From an uncultured Thermococci archaeon (GTDB taxonomy: Archaea; Methanobacteriota_B; Thermococci; Methanofastidiosales; B48-G16): a DNA stretch of 64,000 bases. The position numbers and the translations under genes are program-made. The notes beneath the pieces were generated by a model, which was not told the DNA's origin, did no database searches, and was given only the letters and a program-made list of their open reading frames with translations. Shown here one piece after another: positions 36,415 through 47,192 of the stretch (the stretch's first letter is position 1; the number at the start of each line of letters is the position of its first letter). The stretch is from positions 1 through 64,000 of the forward strand of contig CAZQQT010000003.1 of NCBI GenBank assembly GCA_964595645.1, read 5' to 3'.

Positions 36415-37158
36415 ATGTTAGAAATAAACATCCTAGGAATCTCAGCAAGTCCACGAGAAGGAAATAGTATGTACTTGTTACAAGAAGCACTAAACGCTGC
36501 GAAAGAAGTTAATCTCTCCCATGTTGAAGCTGAAACATATTCTATCAAAGGAAAAACCTTCAAGCCATGTATACACTGTTATGCTTGTCAAGACAAACTT
36601 AATGGGGAATGCGCAATTAAAGATGATTTTCAGGAACTAAGAAACAAATGGGTAGAGGCAGATGTTATTATTTATTCAGTACCGGTTTATCATATGAGTA
36701 TTCCAGGACAATTGAAATGTTTCATTGATAGGTTAGGCAATAGTCTAAATACATACTATAATCATAAATATGAGGAAAAAGGGATAATGAGATCAATGAA
36801 AGTGATTGGTTCAATAGCACAGGGTAGGCATATTTTTTCAGGACAAGAACATACTCTCACTGATTTAATTAATCATACTATCCTTATGGGAAGTGTTCCC
36901 CTTTCTGCAGATTTATGGGAGGCATATATAGGTGTAGGAGGATGGACAGCTAACAAAAGAGACAAAAACTCTATAAAAAAACTCAACAATAAAAAAGACT
37001 TCGATGCATCAATCACCGTAAAGGCATGTAGAAATTTAGGAAAGAGATCAGTCGAACTTGCATCAATACTTATAGGGGGAGCGCTTGAATATAGAAGTTA
37101 TCTCGAAAAAGATCCTTCTTACGCTCCGTTACTTCGTAGATCAGAAAGATTCACTTAA
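36415..37158 (+). CDS. iron-sulfur flavoprotein (Isf / NADPH-dependent FMN reductase-like)
   Basis: 247 aa. Flavodoxin-like start (INILGISASPREGNS) and compact cysteine cluster CIHCYACQDKLNGEC. Confidence 0.7.
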   Translation: MLEINILGISASPREGNSMYLLQEALNAAKEVNLSHVEAETYSIKGKTFKPCIHCYACQDKLNGECAIKDDFQELRNKWVEADVIIYSVPVYHMSIPGQLKCFIDRLGNSLNTYYNHKYEEKGIMRSMKVIGSIAQGRHIFSGQEHTLTDLINHTILMGSVPLSADLWEAYIGVGGWTANKRDKNSIKKLNNKKDFDASITVKACRNLGKRSVELASILIGGALEYRSYLEKDPSYAPLLRRSERFT

Positions 37159-37701
37159 TTGCAAAGTAATTGTAAAAAACTCTGTAGTGAGAGAAACTTT
37201 ACAGTTATGGTTAAGATCTTCAAAAAAGTTAACAAAGTATTTGGAAAGTATCTCTGAATAATGGTAACCCATATAATGATAGAATGTTAATGTTACATCA
37301 CCACTAATGGGATACTCAACAGTAATTCTTTCAAACCAATTGTTGGCTTTATAATTAAATGCGAGATGTTTCACTATTTTTTCCAAGGGTAGGTCTTCTA
37401 AGGATTCTTTTGTTATTATTTCTAGAGCTCTTCTGCAGCTTTTTTTATCCGAAAAATTTTCTATTTTTCCTTCTAATAAGTAATTAAAAGACTTTTTACT
37501 AAGAAATACTGCGTTATGATCTTTCATCCGCAACCAGTAAGAGTCTTCATCGGAGACTTCTTTAAGATTAATTTTTTCATCAAGTGCATCCAATGCTATT
37601 TCTATAACTTTCTTCTGTGTTTTAAAGTATTTTGCGAAAAATTTTAATTTATCATAATACTCTATGCTTAGGGTGGTATGTATTTGTTTAGTTTCTACCA
37701 T
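37141..37701 (-). CDS. hypothetical protein (AT-rich gene)
   Basis: 186 aa, no motif. Convergent with the Isf gene; the 3' ends overlap. Confidence 0.4.
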   Translation of the reverse strand: MVETKQIHTTLSIEYYDKLKFFAKYFKTQKKVIEIALDALDEKINLKEVSDEDSYWLRMKDHNAVFLSKKSFNYLLEGKIENFSDKKSCRRALEIITKESLEDLPLEKIVKHLAFNYKANNWFERITVEYPISGDVTLTFYHYMGYHYSEILSKYFVNFFEDLNHNCKVSLTTEFFTITLQLSESF

Positions 37702-37836
37702 ATTTGTCCACTAATCCATGTACATAAATATCTCTTTTGTGTACACAAGTTCTTATATACATGTACACGCATATAAACTTTTGGTAGACAAAGAATAAAT
37801 CTTTGTCTATAACAAAAAATTGAAGGAGGAAAAAAA

Positions 37837-37995
37837 ATGGCTTGGGGATTTCCAACGACGACTTTTTGGATGCTTATACTGACAGTGTTCGTAGGATTGC
37901 TACCGCTTTTGATATATATCTATGACATTGTGGCATATAGTAAAGTTGCTCCCGCAAAGCGTGCTAAGGAAGTAAGATCCAAGGAGGAGGAGTAA
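37837..37995 (+). CDS. small membrane protein, likely accessory subunit of the downstream symporter (not in the ORF track because under 60 aa)
   Basis: ATG 37837 follows SD aaggagga. Encodes MAWGFPTTTFWMLILTVFVGLLPLLIYIYDIVAYSKVAPAKRAKEVRSKEEE (52 aa, one TM). TAA stop lies 1 nt before the ATG of the SSS transporter, and its KEEE codons (aaggaggaggag) form that gene's SD. Confidence 0.5.
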   Translation: MAWGFPTTTFWMLILTVFVGLLPLLIYIYDIVAYSKVAPAKRAKEVRSKEEE

Positions 37996-37996
37996 A

Positions 37997-39454
37997 ATGG
38001 ACATAAAACTGATATTGTTTGGGGTCTACTGCATTGGAATATTGTTAGTGGGCTATCTAGGATACCTAAAAACAAAAACGTTGGGCGATTTCTATCTTGC
38101 AGGGCGGAAAATAAACAAATGGATCGGTGCCGGTACCTTTGCAGCTACTTTTGTAAGTGCAATTACCTTCGTATCGTGGATTGGCTTCGGCTGGCAATTT
38201 GGTACTGCATTAGTGCCAGTGTATATCTTTGGATGCTTGGTCGGGTTTTTCCTTTATGCTATCGTTGCTCCAAAGATAAATATCATTGCACATAGAAATG
38301 AGACGTATACACCATCGGATTATTATGAGGGACGGTTTGATAGCAGTTTTCTTAAGCTATGGGCCACTACGTTTACTATAGTAGGCTTTTGTGTCTATCT
38401 CGTAATACAGTTGATAGGAACTGGTGTACTCTTTGAAGTAATTGTAGGAATACCATTTGCTCAAGCTCTGATCATTCTTGGAATTGTGTATACTATTTAT
38501 ACACTGCTTGGCGGGATGAAATCTGTTGCGTGGACAGATACAATACAATTTTCAGTATTTGTACTCGCAACAATAATTGCTTTCATCTACGTACTGCCAG
38601 AAGTAGGTGGATTTAGTGGACTGACGACAACCATAAAATCGATTAATCCAAGCTTGTTGACACTGACATCTGGAGGCACGTTTAGCCCCTTGTGGATTTT
38701 TGGAATAGCATTTGCAGTTGCAGTAGTTATACCTCTCCACTACGGTTATTTCTCGCGGGCAATGGCAGCCAAAAGTCCTCGTGAAGCTCGTGCAATGGTC
38801 GGTATCGGTTCGACGGGATTATTGATATTTTACCTTGCTATAGCCGTATTGGCCCTTGCCGCAAGAGCCTATATTCCTGATACAAGCGCTATTGCAACAG
38901 ATGAAGCATTCCCTACAATGGTATTGGAACACTTTCCGACGTTACTAGCTGCGTTTATCCTCGCATCGTTAGGTGCTGCAGTGATGTCTACCACAGATTC
39001 GATTCTGTTACAGGTCGGTGCAAATGTTTCGAACGATATTTACGCCAAATTTATAAATCCCGATGCATCAGACAAGAAGACACTTATGGTAGCCCGAGTA
39101 CTCGTTATTGTATTTGCCATAATAACGATTCTTCTAGGGCTTACAAAGCCAGCTGTGCTATGGGAGATCTATAACTTCTTTATCGTATTCCTCGTAGCAC
39201 CGTACTTTGCAATCTTTTTCTTGGGACTGTACTGGAAAAAAGCTACAAAGGCTGGAGCGATTGTCGGTGCCGTATCCGGTGGAGTAATTGGATGTGCAAT
39301 CAATGGATGGCAAGTACTTGGAGGAGTACCAGAAGTTCTTTCGTACCATCCAACACTGTATGCCGTTCCAATCTCAGTGGTACTGATGATAATCGTCTCT
39401 TATATGACGAAGCCACTACCAAAAGAAGTTGTCGAAAAATGGTACAAAATTTAA
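37997..39454 (+). CDS. sodium:solute symporter (SSS) family transporter
   Basis: 485 aa, ~13 TM. N-terminal FYLAGRKINKWIGAGTFAATFVSAITFVS and a GG..S.AWTDTIQ segment, as in PutP/PanF-type SSS transporters. Confidence 0.85.
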   Translation: MDIKLILFGVYCIGILLVGYLGYLKTKTLGDFYLAGRKINKWIGAGTFAATFVSAITFVSWIGFGWQFGTALVPVYIFGCLVGFFLYAIVAPKINIIAHRNETYTPSDYYEGRFDSSFLKLWATTFTIVGFCVYLVIQLIGTGVLFEVIVGIPFAQALIILGIVYTIYTLLGGMKSVAWTDTIQFSVFVLATIIAFIYVLPEVGGFSGLTTTIKSINPSLLTLTSGGTFSPLWIFGIAFAVAVVIPLHYGYFSRAMAAKSPREARAMVGIGSTGLLIFYLAIAVLALAARAYIPDTSAIATDEAFPTMVLEHFPTLLAAFILASLGAAVMSTTDSILLQVGANVSNDIYAKFINPDASDKKTLMVARVLVIVFAIITILLGLTKPAVLWEIYNFFIVFLVAPYFAIFFLGLYWKKATKAGAIVGAVSGGVIGCAINGWQVLGGVPEVLSYHPTLYAVPISVVLMIIVSYMTKPLPKEVVEKWYKI

Positions 39455-39510
39455 AAAATCTCCTTTTTTTTTATTTGTCATTTTTTTTGGTCCACAAAGT
39501 CGTGATATTA

Positions 39511-40181
39511 TGGGTATAAAGGATAAAATAAAGTGTGGTGTTACAGGGTGCCCAAACGAGGTGATAGGTGAGTGCGATTATTGTGGCATACCTTTGTGCG
39601 AAGATCATGCTCAAAAATTAGAGACGAATAAGAGTACGGAGCTTTATTGCGCCGGATGTTTTCTTTATGTTTCAGTTTCTGGATTAAAAGAGAGAGATCT
39701 AGATCGTAGACTCATCCCAAATGTGTTATTCGTAAATAGTAGGAAATGCACAGGATGCAGAACCTGTGAACTTGTATGTTCGTTTGAGCATTTTGGAGTG
39801 TTTAGTTATGACAAGTCTGCTGTAGAATTAAAAAAGGATGAAGAATACGGCAAAACTGAAATTGTGCTATGCAGACACTGTGATGATCCAAAATGCGTTG
39901 AAATTTGTCCTACTGATGCGTTAAAAAAAGACAAAAATACTGGACTTGTTTCATTGAATAGAGAAAAATGTATTCAGTGTATGCGTTGCGTAGAAGAATG
40001 TCCTTATGATGCCATCTTTAGTTCCAAAGACAAAAAAATAATTAAATGTGATTTGTGCGGAGGAGATCCGATGTGTGCAAAATATTGTCCTGCAGAGGCT
40101 ATAGAATGGGTGAAAAAACATAAAATTGGAGAAAGAAAGAAACTTACTTATTTTATTTATCCAGAAGAGGAGGAAAGATGA
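39511..40181 (+). CDS. 4x[4Fe-4S] ferredoxin-type protein (electron partner of AOR)
   Basis: Start MGIKDKI at 39511. Four CxxCxxCxxxCP clusters (CTGCRTCELVC, CRHCDDPKCVEICP, CIQCMRCVEECP, CDLCGGDPMCAKYCP). Its PEEEER codons hold the SD of the AOR gene. Confidence 0.8.
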
Positions 40182-40182
40182 T

Positions 40183-42063
40183 ATGTCACTTAATAAAAAA
40201 ATCATAAAAGTGGATCTCACAAAGAAAAAAATAAACAAAGAGAGACTACCAAAGAAATTTTTCGAAAATTATCTTGGTGGAAGAGGGATGGGTGCAAAAA
40301 TTCTTTTCGAGGGAGTCAGTGAGACTACAGAACCTCTTTCTCCAGAAAATATAGTGATTGTGTCTACCGGGACGCTGGCAGGTACATTTGCTCCAGCATC
40401 AGCTAGACTCACGATCACATCTAAATCTCCCGAAACGGGTATCTACTGCAAAAGTAGCGTAGGTGGTCATTTTTCTCCAGAATTAAAATTTGCAGGGTAT
40501 GATGGCATTGTGATTTCTGGAGCTTCTGAAAATCCTGTTTATCTTAATATAAGAGATGATCTGGTTGAGATAAAAGATGCAACACATCTGTGGGGCAAGG
40601 ATGTACGCAAAACGAATGCTATACTGAAAAGAGAACTTGAAGATAAAAAAATCAATGTGCTCTCAATTGGTCCTGCAGGCGAAAATCTTGTGAAATATTC
40701 CTCGATCGTAAGTAATATATATAGACAAGCTGCAAGAGGGGGAATGGGCACTATTTGGGGATTTAAAAAACTTAAAGCTATAGCAGTAAGGGGTACAACA
40801 CCTTTGAAAGTTGCAAATCCCTCTCAATTCAAAAAAATAGCGTTGAAAGCAAGGAGGTCAGTGAAAAATGATCAGGATAGATTCTATCGCTATTTTTATT
40901 TTGGAGCAAACAGGGGACTTGTAGGGGCAAACGAGGTGGGATTTAACCCAACTAAAAATTTCCAGACTACTTACATGAAAAATGCTTATCCTACAGGAGG
41001 GGAATATATCCGCGAAAAATATATAGTACGAGAGAATGGATGTGGGTCGTGCGTTCTCTGTTGCGGACAGTCTTATGAAATTGATGATGGCCCCTTTGTC
41101 GGCACACATTCTGAAGGTCCAGAATGGGAAGCAGGAAGTTCATTCGGCGCGAGGATTTTCAATAACGATCCAGAAGTAGTCCTAAAAGCTAATGAGATAT
41201 GCAATATTAATGGTCTTGACCTCTCTTCAGCAATGAGTGTGATAGCGTTTGCAATGGAATGCTACGAGAACGAATTGTTGACTAAAAAGGATACAGAGGG
41301 ATTTTCCTTAGAATGGGGTAATACGGACACTGTACTAGAGCTCTTAAGAAAAATAGCGGAGAGAGAAGGTTTTGGAGATTTTCTCGCAGATTCAATTAAA
41401 GAAGTTTCAGGAAAGATAGGCAAAGAATCAGAAAAATATGCAATCCAAATCAAAGGACTGGGGCTTACAAGTGTTGATTTAAGATCAACTGTCCCATACG
41501 CTCTTGCCTTTGCGGTCAATCCTCGAGGAGGAGATCACTTACACACAGAAATAATTTGCCAGTTTGGTGGAACACCAGAGCATGAAGAAATCGCAAATAG
41601 AATAAGTGAAAGCTCCAAAGGAGCAGATCGTTTCTCCTTTAAAGGAAAGGCAAAAATGGTGAAGTATCACGAAGAAATTTGTTGCGCTTCAGATTGTTTA
41701 GGCATCTGTTTCATGCACACTCTTTCTTCACATAGAGTAAGTCCTGAACTTCTCTCAGGCATGTTTGAGAGTGCTACAGGTATTCCAATGAGCACAGGAA
41801 AGCTTCATAGAGCATGTGAAAGGATAGTGAATATAGAGAGGATGTTCAATGTGCGAGAAGGTTTGGGGAAGAAGGACGATACATTACCAAGGCGATTTTT
41901 CGATGAATCAGTGCCAAATGGGCCAGCAGAAGGATACAGAATACCTAAAAATAAATTTGATGAACTGCTTCAACAATATTACAGGATACATAGGTGGAAT
42001 TCTAGTGGAGTCCCCAAAGAAGAGACGTTAAAGAAACTCGAACTCGAAGAGTTAGTAAAGTAA
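40183..42063 (+). CDS. aor: tungsten-type aldehyde:ferredoxin oxidoreductase (AOR family)
   Basis: ~626 aa from ATG 40183. AOR N-terminal domain (FFENYLGGRGMGAKILFEGV), cluster-ligand region CGSCVLCCGQ, C-terminal pterin-binding domains. Confidence 0.9.
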   Translation: MSLNKKIIKVDLTKKKINKERLPKKFFENYLGGRGMGAKILFEGVSETTEPLSPENIVIVSTGTLAGTFAPASARLTITSKSPETGIYCKSSVGGHFSPELKFAGYDGIVISGASENPVYLNIRDDLVEIKDATHLWGKDVRKTNAILKRELEDKKINVLSIGPAGENLVKYSSIVSNIYRQAARGGMGTIWGFKKLKAIAVRGTTPLKVANPSQFKKIALKARRSVKNDQDRFYRYFYFGANRGLVGANEVGFNPTKNFQTTYMKNAYPTGGEYIREKYIVRENGCGSCVLCCGQSYEIDDGPFVGTHSEGPEWEAGSSFGARIFNNDPEVVLKANEICNINGLDLSSAMSVIAFAMECYENELLTKKDTEGFSLEWGNTDTVLELLRKIAEREGFGDFLADSIKEVSGKIGKESEKYAIQIKGLGLTSVDLRSTVPYALAFAVNPRGGDHLHTEIICQFGGTPEHEEIANRISESSKGADRFSFKGKAKMVKYHEEICCASDCLGICFMHTLSSHRVSPELLSGMFESATGIPMSTGKLHRACERIVNIERMFNVREGLGKKDDTLPRRFFDESVPNGPAEGYRIPKNKFDELLQQYYRIHRWNSSGVPKEETLKKLELEELVK

Positions 42064-42076
42064 AAAGGTGATCAAT

Positions 42077-42787
42077 ATGAGAATAAAAATTGTATTGCCG
42101 GTACCACATAATATGTGGAATGATCAAATACTTGCGAGCTGCAAGGAGGCTGCAAGTCAAAAGGCTGAAATTGAATTAGTGAACACTCAACATGGGGCAG
42201 AAACGTTAGAAGGATTTTATCACGCTAGTTTTGCTGAAAGAGACACGATTAATGAGATAATACAGGCTGAAAAAGACGGGTACGATGTTGTAGTGGTATG
42301 GTGCACTGCTAATGTAGGGGTAGAAGCAGCAAGGGAAGTAGTAAAAATACCTGTTGTTGGTATTATGGAGGCTGCACACTTATTGGCGATGTTACTCGGA
42401 CGAAGATTCTCAGAACTAGTTTCAGTAAAAAATGTAGTGGTGAGGCATGAAAGGAACGCAGAAATTCTCGGTTCCAATTCGAAACTTGCTTCTGTAAGAG
42501 AAATTGCGCTGCCAGTTAAAAAATTCCATGAAAATTTGGATTTAACTTATAAAAAGATGTTTGAAGCGGGAAAAAAAGCGATCGATGAGGACAATGCAGA
42601 TGTACTTGTACTTGGCTGTGGCGCAATGCTCGGAATAACTGATAAATTGAGTAAGGAGCTCGGCGTTCCAGTTATTGAACCTGGCAGTGCAGGCGTACAA
42701 ATGGCCGAAATGCTTGTGCATTTACATAAAGCTCACAGTAAAAAAGCGTATCCACTCCCCCTTGATGATATAAAGGTGATTAAATGA
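42077..42787 (+). CDS. Asp/Glu/hydantoin racemase superfamily protein
   Basis: ~236 aa from ATG 42077. Two-domain pattern (VVVWCTANVG ... IPVVG and VLVLGCGAM ... GVPVIEP), as in hydantoin racemase / EutA / maleate isomerase relatives. Confidence 0.55.
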   Translation: MRIKIVLPVPHNMWNDQILASCKEAASQKAEIELVNTQHGAETLEGFYHASFAERDTINEIIQAEKDGYDVVVVWCTANVGVEAAREVVKIPVVGIMEAAHLLAMLLGRRFSELVSVKNVVVRHERNAEILGSNSKLASVREIALPVKKFHENLDLTYKKMFEAGKKAIDEDNADVLVLGCGAMLGITDKLSKELGVPVIEPGSAGVQMAEMLVHLHKAHSKKAYPLPLDDIKVIK

Positions 42788-43779
42788 CAATACTAAAATA
42801 TGCAAAACTTGGAAGTTATGTAGTAAAAAAGTTGGCGAATATAGCTCCTAATGAAACTGTATTACTTTTAGGAGATACAGGAAGTAACAAATCAATGATG
42901 GATGCCATAATGTCTGCATCTATAGGGTTAGGTGTGGAAGTACAAATGCTCATGTATCCTGAGAGAAACACCACCAATGTCGAACCGTCAAGAGCAATTG
43001 CCGAAGCAATGAAAAATTCGGATGTCATAATTGATCTCTCAGTAAACTATTTTATTCATACCCAAGCGTATGATGATGCTCGCACAGCGGGTGCTCGGGC
43101 ACTTGTTACGATACCGCCAGGAATAGAAGAGTATATAAATGCAGGAGTTGTGGGGATAAATTATGAAAAAATGGTTAAAGAAGGCCAGATAATTGCCGAT
43201 CTATTTGAAAAGTCTAAAAAATGTAAAGTAATATCAGAAGAAGGAACTCATTTAGAAATGAACCTTGGTGAGAGACCTGCAGTGCTGAGAGATGGAATGG
43301 TGGTGAGCAGTGGTGAGATAGATTACTTCCCCGGAGCCCAAGTTTCACTGGCCCCTCTAGAGGATTCAATGAATGGTAAAATTGTCGCGAACGGGTCGAT
43401 ATATCCTCCGATCGGAAAACTTAGCGGAAACGTAGAAATTCAAGTAGAGGAGGGTACTATAGTTGAAATAAGTGGTTCTACAGATGCACAGGAATGGAAA
43501 AAATGGTTAAAGAGTCTAGAAGATAGAGAAATGTACAATATTGCACATTTTAGCATTGGATTCAACCCTAATGCAAATTTGAGAGGATATATCATCGAAG
43601 ATGAGAGAATTAGAGGCTCTGTGACTTGCGGATTTGGTTCTCAGATGATTGATTTCAAAGGAAAGTACGGAAAGGCAAAATCACATACAGATGTTGTTTC
43701 ACTCTTTAACACTGTTTTTTTGGATGATAAAAAGATTGTTGAAAATGGCAACATTCTTGTAGATGATAAAGATGAATAA
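42784..43779 (+). CDS. M29 aminopeptidase-like (AmpS / 2,5-dihydroxypyridine dioxygenase-like) protein
   Basis: 331 aa. N-terminal YVVKKLANIAPNETVLLLGD and C-terminal HFSIGFNPNA segments resemble peptidase family M29. Assigned by eye only. Confidence 0.45.
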   Translation: MTILKYAKLGSYVVKKLANIAPNETVLLLGDTGSNKSMMDAIMSASIGLGVEVQMLMYPERNTTNVEPSRAIAEAMKNSDVIIDLSVNYFIHTQAYDDARTAGARALVTIPPGIEEYINAGVVGINYEKMVKEGQIIADLFEKSKKCKVISEEGTHLEMNLGERPAVLRDGMVVSSGEIDYFPGAQVSLAPLEDSMNGKIVANGSIYPPIGKLSGNVEIQVEEGTIVEISGSTDAQEWKKWLKSLEDREMYNIAHFSIGFNPNANLRGYIIEDERIRGSVTCGFGSQMIDFKGKYGKAKSHTDVVSLFNTVFLDDKKIVENGNILVDDKDE

Positions 43780-44965
43780 GATACGATTGATCGAGAAGGA
43801 GGTAAATAGAAATAAAAATAGAATTATTGGATTAATACAAAAATTAGTAAAAATTCCAAGCTTTTCAGGAGACAAAAAAGGACTATCAGAAATAGCCCAG
43901 ATACTTTCTGACGAGATGAATAAGATTGGTCTTTCTGTGGAATTTATTGAAGCAGAAAAAGGATTACCTAATGTCGTGGGAAGGTTCAATAGCACTGATA
44001 GTAGCAGTCCATGGATTTTATTCAATGGCCATACAGATGTTGTGCCTGTTCAGAACGAAGAGAAATGGATCGTAGATCCATTCAAAGCCGAGATAAAGGA
44101 TGGAAAGATGTACGGTAGAGGCGCATGTGATATGAAGGGAGGGCTTGGAGCGATGGTAGCTGCTTCAAGAATAGTTTTGGATCTTTTCCCTGAATACAAT
44201 GGTAATTTTGTACTTACCGGCACGGTAGATGAAGAAATTGGAGGGGCCATAGGTATGCAATATATCCTGAAGAAAGGAGTGAGGGCAAATATGGGCATTG
44301 TGTGCGAACCGTCAGACCTCATGATTACCAATGTGTGTAAGGGACTTGTGTGGACGAAACTTAAGACTATTGGAAAGAGTGCCCATGGTAGCATGCCTGA
44401 AAATGGTATCAACGCTGTATATAAGATGTCGAAAATTCTTCATGTGTTAGAAGGATATACTTTCGATCGCCCACCTCATGAGATGCTGGGAAGTCCTACT
44501 ATAAATGTTGGAACGGTAAGGGGAGGATCAAAGCCCAACTTAATCCCTGATTTATGCGAAGTAGAGCTCGATATAAGATACTTACCTGATCAGACATATA
44601 AAGAAGTCATGAATGATTTAGAACGTATAATCAACGAACTGAAGGAGGAAGATCCAGAAATAAAGACTGAAATGGATATGATCCGTTATCGTTCCTCTGT
44701 AGAAGTACAAAAACATGAAAAAATAATACAAACTATCGTAGATGCAACAAAAAAGGTTAAAGACGCCCATCCTGGCTTCAAGGGCATGCCTTCACCAGGA
44801 GACAGTGAACATTTAGTTAAAGCTGGCATCCCTAGTGTAATGTTTGGTCCAGGCTCTGAAGATCTATGTCATGTAGACAATGAGTGGATTGCGGTTAATG
44901 AAATTTTGACCGCAGTAAAAATTTATGCAGCAATTATGTTGGAAGGTGAGAAAAATGGAAAATAA
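43763..44965 (+). CDS. M20-family metallopeptidase (ArgE/DapE-type deacylase)
   Basis: 400 aa. NGHTDVVPV, GRGACDMKGG, VDEEIGG and C-terminal SEHL/HVDNE motifs. The start overlaps the upstream gene. Confidence 0.8.
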   Translation: MIKMNKIRLIEKEVNRNKNRIIGLIQKLVKIPSFSGDKKGLSEIAQILSDEMNKIGLSVEFIEAEKGLPNVVGRFNSTDSSSPWILFNGHTDVVPVQNEEKWIVDPFKAEIKDGKMYGRGACDMKGGLGAMVAASRIVLDLFPEYNGNFVLTGTVDEEIGGAIGMQYILKKGVRANMGIVCEPSDLMITNVCKGLVWTKLKTIGKSAHGSMPENGINAVYKMSKILHVLEGYTFDRPPHEMLGSPTINVGTVRGGSKPNLIPDLCEVELDIRYLPDQTYKEVMNDLERIINELKEEDPEIKTEMDMIRYRSSVEVQKHEKIIQTIVDATKKVKDAHPGFKGMPSPGDSEHLVKAGIPSVMFGPGSEDLCHVDNEWIAVNEILTAVKIYAAIMLEGEKNGK

Positions 44966-45956
44966 TATAGATGTTGGTCAAGAAATACTCTATTTGACTC
45001 TAGAAGATATAGAAAGAATACAACTAAATGAAGAAAAAGTGTTTGAGATAGTGGAAGGTGCTTTGGCTGAACACGGAAGAAAAAACTGTGAAATGCCTGC
45101 AAAAATAGGATTACATCCATTGAAGGACACTCTTATGCACGCTATGCCTGCTTTCATTCCTAAATTTAAGGCGTGCGGAATAAAATGGGCGTCATGTTTT
45201 CCAGAGAACCATAAATATAATCTTGCCCAAACATCAGGATTACTTGTTCTCAATGATCAAAACACGGGCTGGCCTATCGCTGTGATGGACGCTATCTGGA
45301 TTACTGCTAAAAGAACTGCTGCTGTTACAAGAGTTGCATGCAAATACCTGGCAAGAGAAGATTCTGAGCAGCTTGGCATTATAGGTACTGGTGTTCAAGG
45401 AAACGAACATATAAAAGTGCTACCCAAAGTATTACCAAATCTTAGGACAATAAAAGCATACGATATGCGTGCCGATGCGAGAGAAGAGTTTGTGAAAAAA
45501 TACAATAACGAACTAGATTGCAATGTTGAAATAGCATCTAATTATAAAGAAGCTGTTGCAGATTCTGATGTAATAGTTTCTGCTACTGCCATTCTTCAGA
45601 AACCTGATCCGCAAATTAAAGATAAATGGATCAAGGAGAGAGGCGTGTTTATTGCCCCTGTTGATTTTGATTCGTTATGGGAGTTCGCTACCATGTCACG
45701 AATGGACAAATTCCTTGTAGACTCGATTGATGAAATGAATTATTTTGAAAGCATTGGCTATTTACCTCATGGACTTCCTCCCTCTCTCCATGGAGAAATA
45801 GGAGAGGTGGTTGCAGGATTAAAACCAGGTCGAGAAACAGATGAAGAGAACATTATGGACATGAACATAGGTATGGCAGTAGAAGACATGCCTGTGGCAA
45901 AAGAACTTTATAGACAAGCATTAAAAAATGGAATAGGCAAAAAACTTCCTCTTTAG
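44955..45956 (+). CDS. ornithine cyclodeaminase / mu-crystallin family protein
   Basis: Start MENNIDVGQEIL at 44955 (SD ggaaggtgag). OCD pattern with Rossmann GIIGTGVQG and NTGWPIAVMDA. Confidence 0.8.
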   Translation: MENNIDVGQEILYLTLEDIERIQLNEEKVFEIVEGALAEHGRKNCEMPAKIGLHPLKDTLMHAMPAFIPKFKACGIKWASCFPENHKYNLAQTSGLLVLNDQNTGWPIAVMDAIWITAKRTAAVTRVACKYLAREDSEQLGIIGTGVQGNEHIKVLPKVLPNLRTIKAYDMRADAREEFVKKYNNELDCNVEIASNYKEAVADSDVIVSATAILQKPDPQIKDKWIKERGVFIAPVDFDSLWEFATMSRMDKFLVDSIDEMNYFESIGYLPHGLPPSLHGEIGEVVAGLKPGRETDEENIMDMNIGMAVEDMPVAKELYRQALKNGIGKKLPL

Positions 45957-46232
45957 ATTTTCTTATAAAGAGCTAAAAGTTTAAATGATAAAGAATAGCA
46001 TTGTGCAGATAAAATGTATTTTAAACGAGAGATGATAAAGGTATTTGTATGCAAAACTAACGAAACGTAAGAAGACACTGTGATAATCGCCTGCCTACGT
46101 GAAACATTCTATGAGAGATATCCTATATATATCCAAGACTAAAAATTGTAGCCATACGCATCATTGATCCTATCATAGCTACTGTTATAATGATGCAGAT
46201 TCATCGTACATACAATATAGAGGGGATTTATT

Positions 46233-47150
46233 ATGTTAAAACAAGTTATGGAGATACATAAATTGTTGGATAATATTCAGGTTAGTGGAGAAAAAGTAGC
46301 GACATTTCTTAAACACAGAGGAGCAGACGAAATAGAAATAAAAAAAGTAGAAGGGAAAGAGAAATCGACAGATTTTATCAAAATCCAGCTCTACGGGAAG
46401 AATAAAGATGCCCCAACACTCGGAATTATTGGACGACTCGGCGGTATCGGTGCACAACCACATAGAAAGGGGTTTGTATCAGATGCAGATGGGGCTATTA
46501 CCGCACTCGCCTGTGCGCTCAAATTAGCTGAGGTGAAGCAGGACGGAAACTTACTAAATGGCGATGTGGTTATTGCAACACATATCTGCCCAAATGCGCC
46601 GATTATTCCCCACGAACCTGTGCCATTTATGGGATCACCGGTGACAATGGAGGAAATGAACAGACACGAGGTCAATGAGCAAATGGATGCAATACTTTCC
46701 ATTGATACAACAAAGGGAAACAGGCTGCTCAATTACCGTGGATTTGCGATTACACCCACTGTGAAGGAAGGATATATCCTCAGAGTGAGCGAGGATCTTC
46801 TGAACATCATGGAATGGACCACAGGGAAACAACCACGGGTTTTTCCGATCACCACCCAAGACATCACACCCTACGGGAATGAAGTATTCCATGTAAACAG
46901 TATCCTTCAGCCTTCCACTGCAACAACAGCACCTGTCGTAGGTGTGGCGATTACTACCGAGACAGCGGTACCGGGATGTGCAACAGGAGCAACTCATGAG
47001 ACAGATATAGAAGAGGCAGCTCGGTACTGTATTGAGGTGGCGAAAGCTTTTACTGAAAGAACGTGCAGGTTCTATGACAAAAAAGAGTTTGCCAGGCTTG
47101 TGAGCATTTATGGGGAGATGCGTGCTCTCCAGACCCTCAGTGGCAAATAG
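46233..47150 (+). CDS. hypothetical protein, possibly DUF1177 family
   Basis: 305 aa, no catalytic motif recognised (GIIGRLGGIGAQPHRKGFVSDADGAITALACALKLAE). Size and context are compatible with DUF1177 (about 300 aa, found in archaea and bacteria), but this is unverified. Confidence 0.4.
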   Translation: MLKQVMEIHKLLDNIQVSGEKVATFLKHRGADEIEIKKVEGKEKSTDFIKIQLYGKNKDAPTLGIIGRLGGIGAQPHRKGFVSDADGAITALACALKLAEVKQDGNLLNGDVVIATHICPNAPIIPHEPVPFMGSPVTMEEMNRHEVNEQMDAILSIDTTKGNRLLNYRGFAITPTVKEGYILRVSEDLLNIMEWTTGKQPRVFPITTQDITPYGNEVFHVNSILQPSTATTAPVVGVAITTETAVPGCATGATHETDIEEAARYCIEVAKAFTERTCRFYDKKEFARLVSIYGEMRALQTLSGK

Positions 47151-47192
47151 ACCTAAAGCCTTTTATATGTAGAGTTTCCAGAGAGAAACGAT

